A stretch of DNA of 64,000 bases from Piromyces finnis finn (taxonomy: Eukaryota; Fungi; Neocallimastigomycota). Under the pieces are notes generated by a model. The model searched no databases. It was given only the letters and a program-made list of their open reading frames with translations, and was not told the origin of the DNA. Each line of letters starts with the position of its first letter. The stretch's first letter is position 1. The stretch lies in contig MCFH01000089.1 in NCBI GenBank assembly GCA_002104945.1, positions 63,316-127,315 of the forward strand, given 5' to 3'. Both the position numbers and the translations under genes were made by a program. Below are positions 11,215 to 22,240 of this stretch, piece after piece.

Positions 11215-12063
11215 ATGGAAAATTTGGAAAACTATTATCATACGATTATTAATGAAGTTGCTAATAAAGCAATCGAGGCTTTTAATAATAATTATAATTT
11301 AAATATTGAAAAGGAAAAAGTTATTGAGAATTTAGAAAATGGAATGAACAGTCAACCTCCAATAAAGGAAATGAGTAAATTATCAATAAATGATACATGT
11401 ATGGCAGTTAAAAGAAATAAGGCCTCTTGTACGAATAAATGTATTCCAGGTCATGTATATTGCGGTACTCACTTACGTTCTGAGGGTAAATTGCCATTAC
11501 CGGAACATGTGAAAATGGTTGCTAAAAAGTATAAATATGAAATTGTTGCTAATACAGTATCATTAGGAAATGAATGGATGACTCAAAATAAATCTCAAAT
11601 AAGCAGTAATACAAGTATTAAATGGCCATTAGAAATTAAAAAAAATTCAAATTCCATTAATTCTTACATTTTATTTTTTACTGAATTTTCAAGTTATTTT
11701 GGAGCCGGTGTTTTTGTTATTCAATACATTTCTTCCGATAAAAAAGAAAATTATTATATGGCTACACATTATGTTGAAGTTAATAAGTATGGTGAAGATC
11801 TTCAATCAAGCATGTATGCTAAGGTATCATTAAAATCTATTGTTTCTCTTAAAGATAAGCCAATATATAATAAGATTACTTCTTTTCTTTCTGAGTATGG
11901 TATTCCATATAATATTAATGAAATTAATAAAAGAATAAGTGACATTACCGAAAACAATCCTGTGGTTATCTATAATGATATAAATAAAATTATTAATAGT
12001 CATTATAGTGTTATGTATTTTTCCTATGATGCCTATGTTAATTCTAATATCAATAAAGAATGA
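11215..12063 (+). CDS. Hypothetical protein with a CCCH Zn finger of the type common in giant viruses
   Basis: CMAVKRNKASCTNKCIPGHVYCGTH. The ORF track starts at TTG 11179; the first ATG is at 11215. Confidence 0.75.
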   Translation: MENLENYYHTIINEVANKAIEAFNNNYNLNIEKEKVIENLENGMNSQPPIKEMSKLSINDTCMAVKRNKASCTNKCIPGHVYCGTHLRSEGKLPLPEHVKMVAKKYKYEIVANTVSLGNEWMTQNKSQISSNTSIKWPLEIKKNSNSINSYILFFTEFSSYFGAGVFVIQYISSDKKENYYMATHYVEVNKYGEDLQSSMYAKVSLKSIVSLKDKPIYNKITSFLSEYGIPYNINEINKRISDITENNPVVIYNDINKIINSHYSVMYFSYDAYVNSNINKE

Positions 12064-12259
12064 TTTCATAAGCTATTTTTATTAATATATTTAAATTAAG
12101 AATTTCTTTTTTAATATTACTTAATTTGAAATTTAAAATATTATTAAATAAATATGGATTATAATATATTGATATAAATATTAATTATTAACTTGTATAT
12201 GTTGTGTTAAAATAAATTGAATTATTAAATATCTTATGACTAAATTCGGAATTATTTTA

Positions 12260-12269
12260 TAAAATGATT
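12260..12269 (+). promoter_or_regulatory. TAAAATGATT motif, 142 nt upstream of the GPI-like cargo gene
   Basis: Exact motif in sense orientation. Confidence 0.6.
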
Positions 12270-12411
12270 ATATTTTTTTTTTTAAAAAAAAAAATTAAAA
12301 AATTAATAAAATATTAATTTTTTTAAATTAAATAGTTAATAATAATTAACTGTGTCTGTATTATTTTAATTATTAAATTAAAACATTTAATATATAAATA
12401 AATAAATTGAA

Positions 12412-13110
12412 ATGAGAATTATTAATTTATTTATTATTTTAATTGTTTCTGTTTCATCTTATGCTAATTCTGTCAAATTTTTAAGAAGAGATGTTACTGC
12501 AAATAATGAAGAATTGCTTAAAATTAATTTAAGCGAAGAATGCAGAATGGAATATGAAAATTCTGAATATATTAAATGTTCACCTTCAATAACTTTAACC
12601 AACTATAAAGATACATGTTCTGATTTTAAGAGTGAAAAGTGTCAAAACTTCTATAAAGACCCATTAAAGTATTATCCAATTTGTAAAGATTCACCTATAT
12701 TTGCTGAAATCTATCAACCAACAATGATAAAAACTATTTTACAAACTTATGATACATTATGCCAAACAGATGAAAATGGTGAATTATGTCCATTCTCTTT
12801 ACATTTAATGACAAACAATAGCGGTGGTGCTGATGTTTTAAATGCTCAATGCAAATCTAAAAAGTGTACTGAATCTTTAATTAAAGTTTATAAAGATGTA
12901 AGTATCGATCAATACGCCACCTTAGAAAGTTCATCACAAACCACTGGAAGTTTTACTTATGAAGATATAAGTGCAAAAAATGAATTAATTTCTATGTTAG
13001 AATCTAATGAGTGTCAATCTTTACATAGTACAAGTGATACTACTACTGTTAAGACCAATACTACTTTATTAGTTTTATTATCTTTATTATTATTATTATT
13101 TTTCCATTAA
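12412..13110 (+). CDS. Secreted Cys-rich, probably GPI-anchored surface protein (host-fungus-like family)
   Basis: N-terminal signal peptide, 10 Cys, S/T stretch, then a hydrophobic C-terminal tail LLVLLSLLLLLFFH. Resembles an expanded family I recall from anaerobic fungal genomes. Confidence 0.8.
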   Translation: MRIINLFIILIVSVSSYANSVKFLRRDVTANNEELLKINLSEECRMEYENSEYIKCSPSITLTNYKDTCSDFKSEKCQNFYKDPLKYYPICKDSPIFAEIYQPTMIKTILQTYDTLCQTDENGELCPFSLHLMTNNSGGADVLNAQCKSKKCTESLIKVYKDVSIDQYATLESSSQTTGSFTYEDISAKNELISMLESNECQSLHSTSDTTTVKTNTTLLVLLSLLLLLFFH

Positions 13111-14336
13111 TTAAAATAAATATAAAACAAGTATAAAATAATAATATTAATAATAATGCTTTATTAGTATTATAACAAAAAAATAAATAAATAAAAATTG
13201 AATATAAAGATTAGAAAAATAAAATAAAATACATTATTTCATTAATGTTATTATTATAAATAACATCTTTATGAAATATTTCTATTATTAATTTTATTTT
13301 ACTTTTATATATTATATGTATAAATGTTAAAATAAAAATTTACTAAAATAAAAATTCATATTATAAATTAGTATTTATAATATATTTATTATCATATATA
13401 TATATATATATAGATATATATATTTAATTATATTTATATATAATATATAGGTAAAAGTTTTAATAAAGAAAAATATATTAAATTTATTATTTTTTTTAAA
13501 AAAATAAAATTAAATGATTATGTTGTACAAGTAAGTTATTTTTTCAATAATATTTTAATAAAGCATGGATAAATAGTTTTAAATAAAAAAAAAAGAATTA
13601 AAGAAATAATGAATATTAATAAAAAAAATAATATATATGGTATGGTATATAAAATATACATATCATATACATATATATATAAATATTTAAAAAATAATAT
13701 TATAAGTATTTATGTTAGAGAAAAAATTGTTTTAAATAATAAAAATTATAATTTTTTTAAAACTATATATATTTAAAGAAATGAAAATAGGCATAACTAT
13801 ATTTTTTAAGAATAAAGAAATAATATTTCGTATTTAAAGAATTTGAATTTAACATTTATTAATATTATATATATTTATTAATATAAATATGATAATTATT
13901 AAAAAAAATAAAATAAAAAATATAAAATTAAATTTGTGTCGATAAATAAATATAAAATAATAAATGATAATGAAGTTTTAAAAAATAAAATACTTTTAAA
14001 TGTTAGTATTATATTTTTATTTAAAACAAACTTTTTATTTTATTTTTTATTTCTTATAATATATATTTTTTATTTGTATGTTTATATATATATTATTTTT
14101 ATTTTTTTTATTAAATTAAACTATTATATATTAACTTCACTTTTGTTTATATAATAGATACATTTTTACCTATTAATAATAGCATTTAGTTAAATATATA
14201 GATAGATAGAAATTCTTTTTAATAATTATTTAAAGAAAAATATTTATATTTAAATATAATTCTTTTTTTTTTCTTTTATTTAGAGAAATTAATTGATGAA
14301 TAATGTATTAATTTAATTATTTTTAAATTTTCAAAT

Positions 14337-17300
14337 TTAAATTATTTTCCAACCCATTTTTGGTTTATCCGAAGGATTGATACATTTATCAACACGAGGA
14401 GTCATTGAATAATAGACACATACATGATTAGAATTAATATAGTAAGGATTACCATTATTATCATATACATTAATAGTTCCATAGTTATCATTATAAGAAT
14501 TATCATACTTAAATTTATACTTTGCTTCAGAACAATCAACAATACGTAAGAAATTGTAATTGTTTCCATTAACAAAATCACCTAAATCTAAACAATAATT
14601 TGTTGGATTTCCGATATCCCCTGAAACACCATCTGATAAATAAAGATAAGAAGGGTTAGTTGTCGAAGAAACAAACCATGTATAATATTTATCGGATATG
14701 GTCATGTCAAAATATTCGTTAGCTTCTAATTTAGGAACACTGAAAAACAAACTTGAATCGTTATCAACTATACCTTTGAATATTAAAGGTGTTAATTGTG
14801 AATTAAGAGATTCTGTGGAAGTAGGGCTTATATTTTCAGTAATTGTGACATTAATTTCATCTTCGGTAGCAGACGAAGTTGGTGAAACGGTAGGAGTAAT
14901 AATTGAAGTTATTATTGAAGTCATAACATTTGGTTCTATAGTACTAGTAGTAATATATTTAGTAGAAGTTATTAATTCAGTTTCAGTAGACGTTTCAGTG
15001 AAATATCCATTACTATTTTTTATCCAATTGAAATTTTCATAATCTTTAGGATTTTTACATTCTTCTATACGTAATGTATCTGTATAATAAATACAATATG
15101 GCACACCCTTGCTAGTGTTAAATAAAGAATCATTATCTTTATAGACCGCAATATTGGTAGGATTATTTACTTTATTTTTTTCATAATCGGTAAATGGTAC
15201 ATTATATTTGAATTTGTAAGTTTCATTTGAACATTTACTAATTCTTAAGTAATAGGAATACTTATTTTTACTTTGACCAACATCTAAGCAATAATTTGAT
15301 ATTTGACCATTTTTATTTGCTAAATACATAAAGGATGGTTTACCGTCAGACTTAATTAACCATTTAATGTATTTTCCTGGATTTTTGTTAGTTCCACCAT
15401 ACTTAGCTTCAAGCGTGACATATTCTTTTAATTCACTAACTCCTAAATAGTATTTTGAACCAATAACACCTTGATAACTTACATTGGCATAAGTTTCGTA
15501 ACTGTGTTTAGTTTCGGTAGCTACGGTAGTTTGTGTTTTAGTTATATATTTAGTTGAGTAATCAGTTATAAGAGATGTTATAACCGTAGTTATTGTAGGA
15601 ATTTCAGTAGTAGTTGTAGTAGTAGTTGTTGTTATTGTAGTTGTAGTAGTAGTTGTAGTAGTAGTTGTAGTAGTAATTGTAATTTCAGGATAGCTCCATA
15701 TAATATCACCGTTTCCATTATCGAAATATATACTTTTATTTTCTTTATTACATTTAAGAGCAGCATTGCTTGAACTTTTGCTAATTATTTTATCATTCAA
15801 CGAAGTAATAGGTTCTTTATTTTCATCGTATAAAGTTATAAACTTTGAACTTACAGCTAAACTGTAAATATATGTATCGTCTAAATTCATAATATCAATT
15901 TCAGTTTTAGCAATATGGTCTCTGTATAATAGTTTACCATTAAGAATAATTAATGAATAGTCGCCGCAATATAACATTTCACCTTCTTTAAAAGAATCTC
16001 CAATTTTAATTGTATCAGCATTATAAGCTCTATTTGTAATCTTCTTATTGGAAGCCCATTTATATTCACCTGTACTGGATTTTAATACTAAGTTTTCATT
16101 ATGAATATAAAATTGGTAATAATCATCTTCGACATAATATTCTTTATGTAAAACATATTGATCGTTATTTAAAGTTATATCCCCATTACTTTTGATCAGC
16201 ATAGAGAATATTGGATCTTCAATATTGGTATATTCCGTGATATTGAATAAATTTAAATTTTTATAATTATTACTACTATTATAAACGAGATAATTCTTTT
16301 TTAAGATAATGAATTGATCATCTGTGACATTTAATTTATTATAAGAGTAAAGGATATTGCAATTTTCATCATTCGAAATAATATTATTACATTTTTTATT
16401 TCCATATAATTCCCATACTGGCTTATCATAAGTAATATTTGACATTATTAATTTATCCATCTCACCACTATAAATTAATTCCATATTTTCGTTATTTTTA
16501 ATTGCGACATTGTTATCAATATATAAATTGCTGTTTGCTAATGTAATATTTCTTATATCTGGTATAGCAAATTGTTTAAATTCCAATCCATGTTTATTTG
16601 ACATATACAAATAATCATCACCGCCATCAGAAGACATAAATTTATCAAATGAAGTGAAATATCTATCTTCGTAAATTCTATTATAATTATTCTTTTTAAT
16701 TGTTTTTGTTTCTTTTAAACTTTGTAAGTATCTAACAGGATTAATAGCCCATATTGCCTCCCATGTTACAGTGTTAAACAACATTAAATCAGGATGTTCC
16801 ATAGGATATCTATATTCAATAGATAATCTGTTATATTTATTATTTTCATTGCTAGGTAATTTTGCAATTTTTTTAACGGTTTTATCATTACAATATAAAT
16901 TTAAGCCATCCCTTTCCAGTTTAAATTCCTTAACACCGGAATTATCGACACAAGTTCCTAGAATGTAGCTTGCTTTGTTGTTTTTATCAATAGTATTATG
17001 ATAGAACACAACTTCATTTTGAGTAACATTTAAAGTAGAGCCAAATGATGATAGTAAATCTTCACCTGGTAATAAATTATTAAGATAATGTTTTCGATTA
17101 AATGTTCTTTTATTATCTGGATCATCGTATGTATCATATATGGTTGTGTCTGCAAATAAATTGTAAATGCTTTTATTTCTTATATATTCATTACATGAAC
17201 TAATTTCGTAAATCGTAGGATTGACAAATCGTAGATGTTCACCGTAAGGCCTAATAGTCCAATTACTCCAGTACCTTAAATGATTTTCATCTTCAATGAA

Positions 17301-20300
17301 TAGTTCACCTTCATCAGATAATACTAAACTGAACTTGTATGTACCTACAATGTCATCGTTATTATCAAATGTTATAAGGTTGAGTGATTGCCAGACAGAA
17401 TAATTATTTTTGTCTCTTAATAAAAATTCACCTAATGGAGAAAATACGATTTTATAAGGGGCTTCAAATATTTCAATATTAGTAGTTAGGGAAGACCAGG
17501 TTGTTCTGAAATTCTCTTTAATAACCATATTACCAGATTCTTGAATATAAAATCTATATTTACCATTATTGGAATATAAAGCTTCATATTGATTCATTAC
17601 ATTTGAGCAATTCATTTCTATACTGTGCTTAAATTTATCGACAACTTTAGGTTCACGAACATTGTGCAAATCGTATAAACTTATTTTATCTTCAGCCTTT
17701 TTTGTATCAAACTTTAATGGGTAATTATATTCAACAGGAAAATGATAGCCGATATAATCGGTTTGACCAGCATTGATTTCCCAAATAATTACACCAGCAC
17801 CATCCATTAAACTTACTGAAGCTCCATTTAATCCTGGTTCATCCTTAATGTATAAATAATAACCTGTTTTATCTGGGAATCCAACATTAAAAGGTAAATG
17901 TTTAGGCAAAGAATCCCAAATAATATAATCATTTTCATCAATTAAAATATTATCTTCATAATTTGTTGGTAATGCGTTATTAGTAGTAGCAGAAGATGTG
18001 GTAGAAGTGACTGAAGATGATTCAGTAGACTTGGAATCATTATTATTATCAGTATTGGTAGTAGCTATTTCAGAAGAAGTGGTGGTGGAATAAATTTTAG
18101 TCGAAGTAGTAGATATATCATCAGCATCACTGTTGATTTTAGATGTTTCAGTTGATGTTGCAGTCTTAGTGATTGTTGTAGTGCTAGTAGTAGTGGTGCT
18201 TTTATTAGTTTTGATAATAATACGTTTGTTTAAATGGCTTTTAAATCTGTTTTTAATTTGTGGATTGATATTAATATTATTGGAAGTGTGACGCTTACTT
18301 TTATTATTATTTTGACGATTCTTTAAGTAATTTTCAATCATTTGTAAATATTTATTATTATTATTATTATTATTAAATTCTTTGTCATCTTTATGATAAT
18401 CTAAATATTCATTATATAATTCATAATATAATTCAGGATATTGTACATCTTCACTAGATAATTGATCAAATATATTTTTTGCAGTAACATATAAATGACC
18501 ATTTGTTCCAACATGTAATTTAAAATCATAAAATGTATTTTTATCTTTAGGTATGTAATTCATTTTATTAGTCCAAAGTCTATGGCAGTCATCTGAAATT
18601 TTTGGACCTTCACACATTACCAACTCACCAGTCGATAATAAACCAAAACTATAATTACCTCTGGGTGAAGTAATCGAAGTTCCTGCTTTATAAACAATAC
18701 CACTTCTTAAAGTATTAACATTAAGATTCTCTTTTTCAGTAAATACAAAATTTGTAATGTCATTCTTTACTATATCTTGAAATTTATCTTCTTGACCACA
18801 TTCTACAGGATTTATAACGAAATCAATAAACTTTATAGGATTAATAGACTTTGTGAAATCGAATTTCAAATCATTATAGGCATCATAATATCCATTAATC
18901 CATATATTAATTTCTGATATAAATAAAGGAAATGCTGTTAAACTGTAACATTTTTCATCTGGAACAACAAAAGTAACTTGACTCGTAAATGTCTCACTAT
19001 TCGACATACTTTTAGCTTTTTGTAAAGCGTATTCAGCTGAAGTGTCTATAGCTGTATCATAAGAGACATTATTACTAATGGATTTCTGATTAGATTTACC
19101 GTAGGAGTAACCATTTGAAGTAGTTTGTGATTTTGATTCTTCATTGACCCATCCTGTTTCTTTATTAAAAGTAGAAGTCAGCATTTCAGAAACCGAATCT
19201 GATTTAGATTCTTCAGTAGTCGAAGATTCCGAATGACCTGTAGTATAAGAATCAGAATAGCCATTGGTTGTACCCCAAGAATTACTAAATCCAGAGGTAT
19301 CTGTGTAAGCATCGGACCAATTTACTGCATCAGATGTACTATAGCCATCTGTATGTATTTTGGTTTCAGTCTTGGAATTTGATCTTGTACCAGCTAAAGC
19401 CATTCTAATATCATGATTTTCACTATCTTTGGCGAGTTGCACTTGTAGATCCCTATCCATTCTTGCAATTTCCTCTTGAGATGTTATAGATCTATTAGCA
19501 ATCACATTAGCTTCAATAGCTGCTGCAGTTTGCTCTTTAGCGATTTCATTAGCTATATAGGCAGCTTCAGTTTGGTTTCTAGCTATTTCATTAGCTTCCG
19601 CTGCTTGTATATTAGATTCTACCTGAGATCCTGAATTAATAATACCCTGAACAGCTCCAGTTAAAAATCCAATACCACAACCAAAAGCAGTACCTATTAC
19701 AGGTAGTGCGCTACCGATTGCACATCCAGTGGCAGTGGTAGAACCAGTCGATATTATAGTATCAATAACCGATTTTTTAGAAGAATTAGCTGAAGTTTTT
19801 TTAACAACAGTAGCTCCTCTTTTATTTAATAAATTATTGTCATTTCTTTTTACAAATGTTCTATCTTTTACTTTTTCATAATCTGAAAGTTCCATTCTTG
19901 AGTATTCCTCTGTTTTTGAAGTTTCTGTGCTATCACTCCAGTTGTGTTCAAAAATATGTTCTCCACCATCAGTTCTAGTATGGGAATGTTCTTCATTTTC
20001 AGTGTAAGTATATGATTCTTCATGCGTATCAGTATGTGTACTTTCAGTATTATTGGTAATGGTATTAGAACTAGATTTAATGACTGTATATACATGCTCA
20101 AGAGCATTAGATGTTCCTTCATTTTCGGATACAGAAATAGATTTACTGTCTGAAAAACTATAGGCTAAATCAATAGATTGGTTAATTTCTGATGTAATGG
20201 TATCTCCTTCACTTTGTACTACACCGTATGCTTTATGATAAGATTCCCCATTACTATTTGTAATACTGAGAGTATCTTCTAAATTTTTCGAATATGTAAC

Positions 20301-21062
20301 AGAGCAAATAAGAGAAGAACCTGGAGCCGATCTTATCATTCCACATTCCTTGTATACATTCTTTTTTTCATCGATCAATTCCATATATTTGTTTGTTTTG
20401 TCTAAATTATATGGATATGGAATTTGTAATTGAATGAAATTTGGATTCTTTACATTTTTAACTCTTATCAATGATGGATGATATGGATTATAGGCTGGAT
20501 TATTACTAGTTAATGATACTGATTTTAAACCGTCCTTCATTAAAGATTCATACAATTTTTTGTACTCTTCTTTATATTCATCTATTGTGCGAACCTTATA
20601 TATACCTTTATCATTGTTATTATCAGCATTTCCATCTTTATTTTCATCTTTATTTCCATCTTTATTTTCAATGTCATTCTCATTGTCATTTTCATTGTTA
20701 TTTTCATTATTTTTAATATCTTTATTATTATTATTATTATCAGAACTATTTCTTTTCTTGAAATCAGGAGTTTTTGTAATCTTATAATAATTACCTCTAC
20801 TGTTAACTAAGGTGTCGTTTCCACAATAAGCAACTCCAAACCACATAGGTCCAAGCATTTCTGCATATTTTTCTATATTTTCAAAATAAACAGTTTCTTT
20901 CTTTTCATTTAAATAAAAAGGATTAATTACTTTAACCATATTGGTTTTAGTATAAAGACAAAACTCTCTTTTTATTACACTTGAATTTGAACCGTTAACA
21001 TTTAAAATGTTAACGAAGAGTAACAATCCTAAAATTGCTAAAACTTTAACGTCAGGATTCAT
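14337..21062 (-). CDS. 2241-aa secreted protein: putative aerolysin/ETX-like pore-forming region with glycine zipper, bulb-type lectin repeats and two C-terminal ricin-B-like domains
   Basis: Signal peptide; KR sites; long alternating S/T strands ending SAEY...TSQVTFVVPDEKC; GCAIGSALPVIGTAFGCGIG; bulb-lectin repeats (LYSNNGKYRFYIQESGNMVI...W); two NYCLD.G...LRI..C domains; Thr linkers. Confidence 0.7.
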   Translation of the reverse strand: MNPDVKVLAILGLLLFVNILNVNGSNSSVIKREFCLYTKTNMVKVINPFYLNEKKETVYFENIEKYAEMLGPMWFGVAYCGNDTLVNSRGNYYKITKTPDFKKRNSSDNNNNNKDIKNNENNNENDNENDIENKDGNKDENKDGNADNNNDKGIYKVRTIDEYKEEYKKLYESLMKDGLKSVSLTSNNPAYNPYHPSLIRVKNVKNPNFIQLQIPYPYNLDKTNKYMELIDEKKNVYKECGMIRSAPGSSLICSVTYSKNLEDTLSITNSNGESYHKAYGVVQSEGDTITSEINQSIDLAYSFSDSKSISVSENEGTSNALEHVYTVIKSSSNTITNNTESTHTDTHEESYTYTENEEHSHTRTDGGEHIFEHNWSDSTETSKTEEYSRMELSDYEKVKDRTFVKRNDNNLLNKRGATVVKKTSANSSKKSVIDTIISTGSTTATGCAIGSALPVIGTAFGCGIGFLTGAVQGIINSGSQVESNIQAAEANEIARNQTEAAYIANEIAKEQTAAAIEANVIANRSITSQEEIARMDRDLQVQLAKDSENHDIRMALAGTRSNSKTETKIHTDGYSTSDAVNWSDAYTDTSGFSNSWGTTNGYSDSYTTGHSESSTTEESKSDSVSEMLTSTFNKETGWVNEESKSQTTSNGYSYGKSNQKSISNNVSYDTAIDTSAEYALQKAKSMSNSETFTSQVTFVVPDEKCYSLTAFPLFISEINIWINGYYDAYNDLKFDFTKSINPIKFIDFVINPVECGQEDKFQDIVKNDITNFVFTEKENLNVNTLRSGIVYKAGTSITSPRGNYSFGLLSTGELVMCEGPKISDDCHRLWTNKMNYIPKDKNTFYDFKLHVGTNGHLYVTAKNIFDQLSSEDVQYPELYYELYNEYLDYHKDDKEFNNNNNNNKYLQMIENYLKNRQNNNKSKRHTSNNININPQIKNRFKSHLNKRIIIKTNKSTTTTSTTTITKTATSTETSKINSDADDISTTSTKIYSTTTSSEIATTNTDNNNDSKSTESSSVTSTTSSATTNNALPTNYEDNILIDENDYIIWDSLPKHLPFNVGFPDKTGYYLYIKDEPGLNGASVSLMDGAGVIIWEINAGQTDYIGYHFPVEYNYPLKFDTKKAEDKISLYDLHNVREPKVVDKFKHSIEMNCSNVMNQYEALYSNNGKYRFYIQESGNMVIKENFRTTWSSLTTNIEIFEAPYKIVFSPLGEFLLRDKNNYSVWQSLNLITFDNNDDIVGTYKFSLVLSDEGELFIEDENHLRYWSNWTIRPYGEHLRFVNPTIYEISSCNEYIRNKSIYNLFADTTIYDTYDDPDNKRTFNRKHYLNNLLPGEDLLSSFGSTLNVTQNEVVFYHNTIDKNNKASYILGTCVDNSGVKEFKLERDGLNLYCNDKTVKKIAKLPSNENNKYNRLSIEYRYPMEHPDLMLFNTVTWEAIWAINPVRYLQSLKETKTIKKNNYNRIYEDRYFTSFDKFMSSDGGDDYLYMSNKHGLEFKQFAIPDIRNITLANSNLYIDNNVAIKNNENMELIYSGEMDKLIMSNITYDKPVWELYGNKKCNNIISNDENCNILYSYNKLNVTDDQFIILKKNYLVYNSSNNYKNLNLFNITEYTNIEDPIFSMLIKSNGDITLNNDQYVLHKEYYVEDDYYQFYIHNENLVLKSSTGEYKWASNKKITNRAYNADTIKIGDSFKEGEMLYCGDYSLIILNGKLLYRDHIAKTEIDIMNLDDTYIYSLAVSSKFITLYDENKEPITSLNDKIISKSSSNAALKCNKENKSIYFDNGNGDIIWSYPEITITTTTTTTTTTTTTITTTTTTTTTEIPTITTVITSLITDYSTKYITKTQTTVATETKHSYETYANVSYQGVIGSKYYLGVSELKEYVTLEAKYGGTNKNPGKYIKWLIKSDGKPSFMYLANKNGQISNYCLDVGQSKNKYSYYLRISKCSNETYKFKYNVPFTDYEKNKVNNPTNIAVYKDNDSLFNTSKGVPYCIYYTDTLRIEECKNPKDYENFNWIKNSNGYFTETSTETELITSTKYITTSTIEPNVMTSIITSIITPTVSPTSSATEDEINVTITENISPTSTESLNSQLTPLIFKGIVDNDSSLFFSVPKLEANEYFDMTISDKYYTWFVSSTTNPSYLYLSDGVSGDIGNPTNYCLDLGDFVNGNNYNFLRIVDCSEAKYKFKYDNSYNDNYGTINVYDNNGNPYYINSNHVCVYYSMTPRVDKCINPSDKPKMGWKII

Positions 21063-21328
21063 TTTGTGAATTCTAACTATTTTATTATTGATATTACTCT
21101 AACCTATAATATATACTCTACTATTTATTTAACAGTATTTATTAAATTTTGGATTATCTTTATCTTATTTAATAAATATAATATTAAATAAGAATAAACA
21201 AATAAATTCTAAATATATACTGTATCTATATCTATATTGATAAATATTATATATGTAATATATTATATATTTTTAACTACAGATAATATAATATATTATT
21301 TTATATTTTTTCTTTTTATAAACAAAAA

Positions 21329-21338
21329 AATCATTTTA
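21329..21338 (-). promoter_or_regulatory. TAAAATGATT motif, 266 nt upstream of the 2241-aa gene
   Basis: Exact motif in sense orientation. Confidence 0.55.
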
Positions 21339-22240
21339 TTTTATTTTAAAATTGACTAGAAACAATAGCTTGTTATCATTATAATACTTGTTAATTATAA
21401 TAACAAAAAAAAAACAATAATAAAAAGATTAACAATAAGCATAATAATAATTATACATATTAAATACAAATTATTGTAAATAATCAAAATATTATTTAAA
21501 TATAATAAAATTAATATTAAAATATTAATATAATATTTATATAGTCTTTATTTTATCAGTAACATTTTCTTTTTAAGTTTTTAAAAAATATGTAAATATC
21601 AATGAAATTTCGAAATAATATAATATCATATAATATCATATCATATAATATAATATAATATAATATAATATAATATAATATAATTATGTAATATTATTTT
21701 TATTAATAACTATTACTAATATTAAGAATATTATTAATATTTCATTTCATTTATATTTACTATTTTATTTTTTAAAACATTACTTTCAATTTCAAATTTC
21801 AAATATTTAATAACAATAGTATTATTTTATAAATTATCCATTGTTTTATTATAATTTAATTTTAATAATTATGTAAAGCTTATATGTAGACTTTATCATA
21901 AAAACAAATTATATAAAATAACATAATGATATATAATAATACTATTTTGCAAATAAATTGAATTTATATAATATAGTGATTTTTTTTAACTTTTTTTTTA
22001 TATATATTATTGATAATATTTTTTTTTTATTTTATTAATTTATTTATTTATTTTTTTATTAGTTTTAATATTTTAGAATATCAAATTATTATATTTTATA
22101 TAAATATATTTAAATTAATATATTTTATTTATAAAAAATAGCAATAATGTTTTACTATTTTTTATTATTGGATTACACACCATGTTATATCAAACTAAGT
22201 GATTTTTCTTTTTATAATCTCATGAATGAAATTTAACTTT

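Noticed and set aside
13936-14154. 72-aa hydrophobic ORF, and similar ones at 1746-1952 and 38271-38528
   Set aside because: F/I/Y/L-rich translations of near-pure AT spacer; non-ATG start for 13936; no conserved features.
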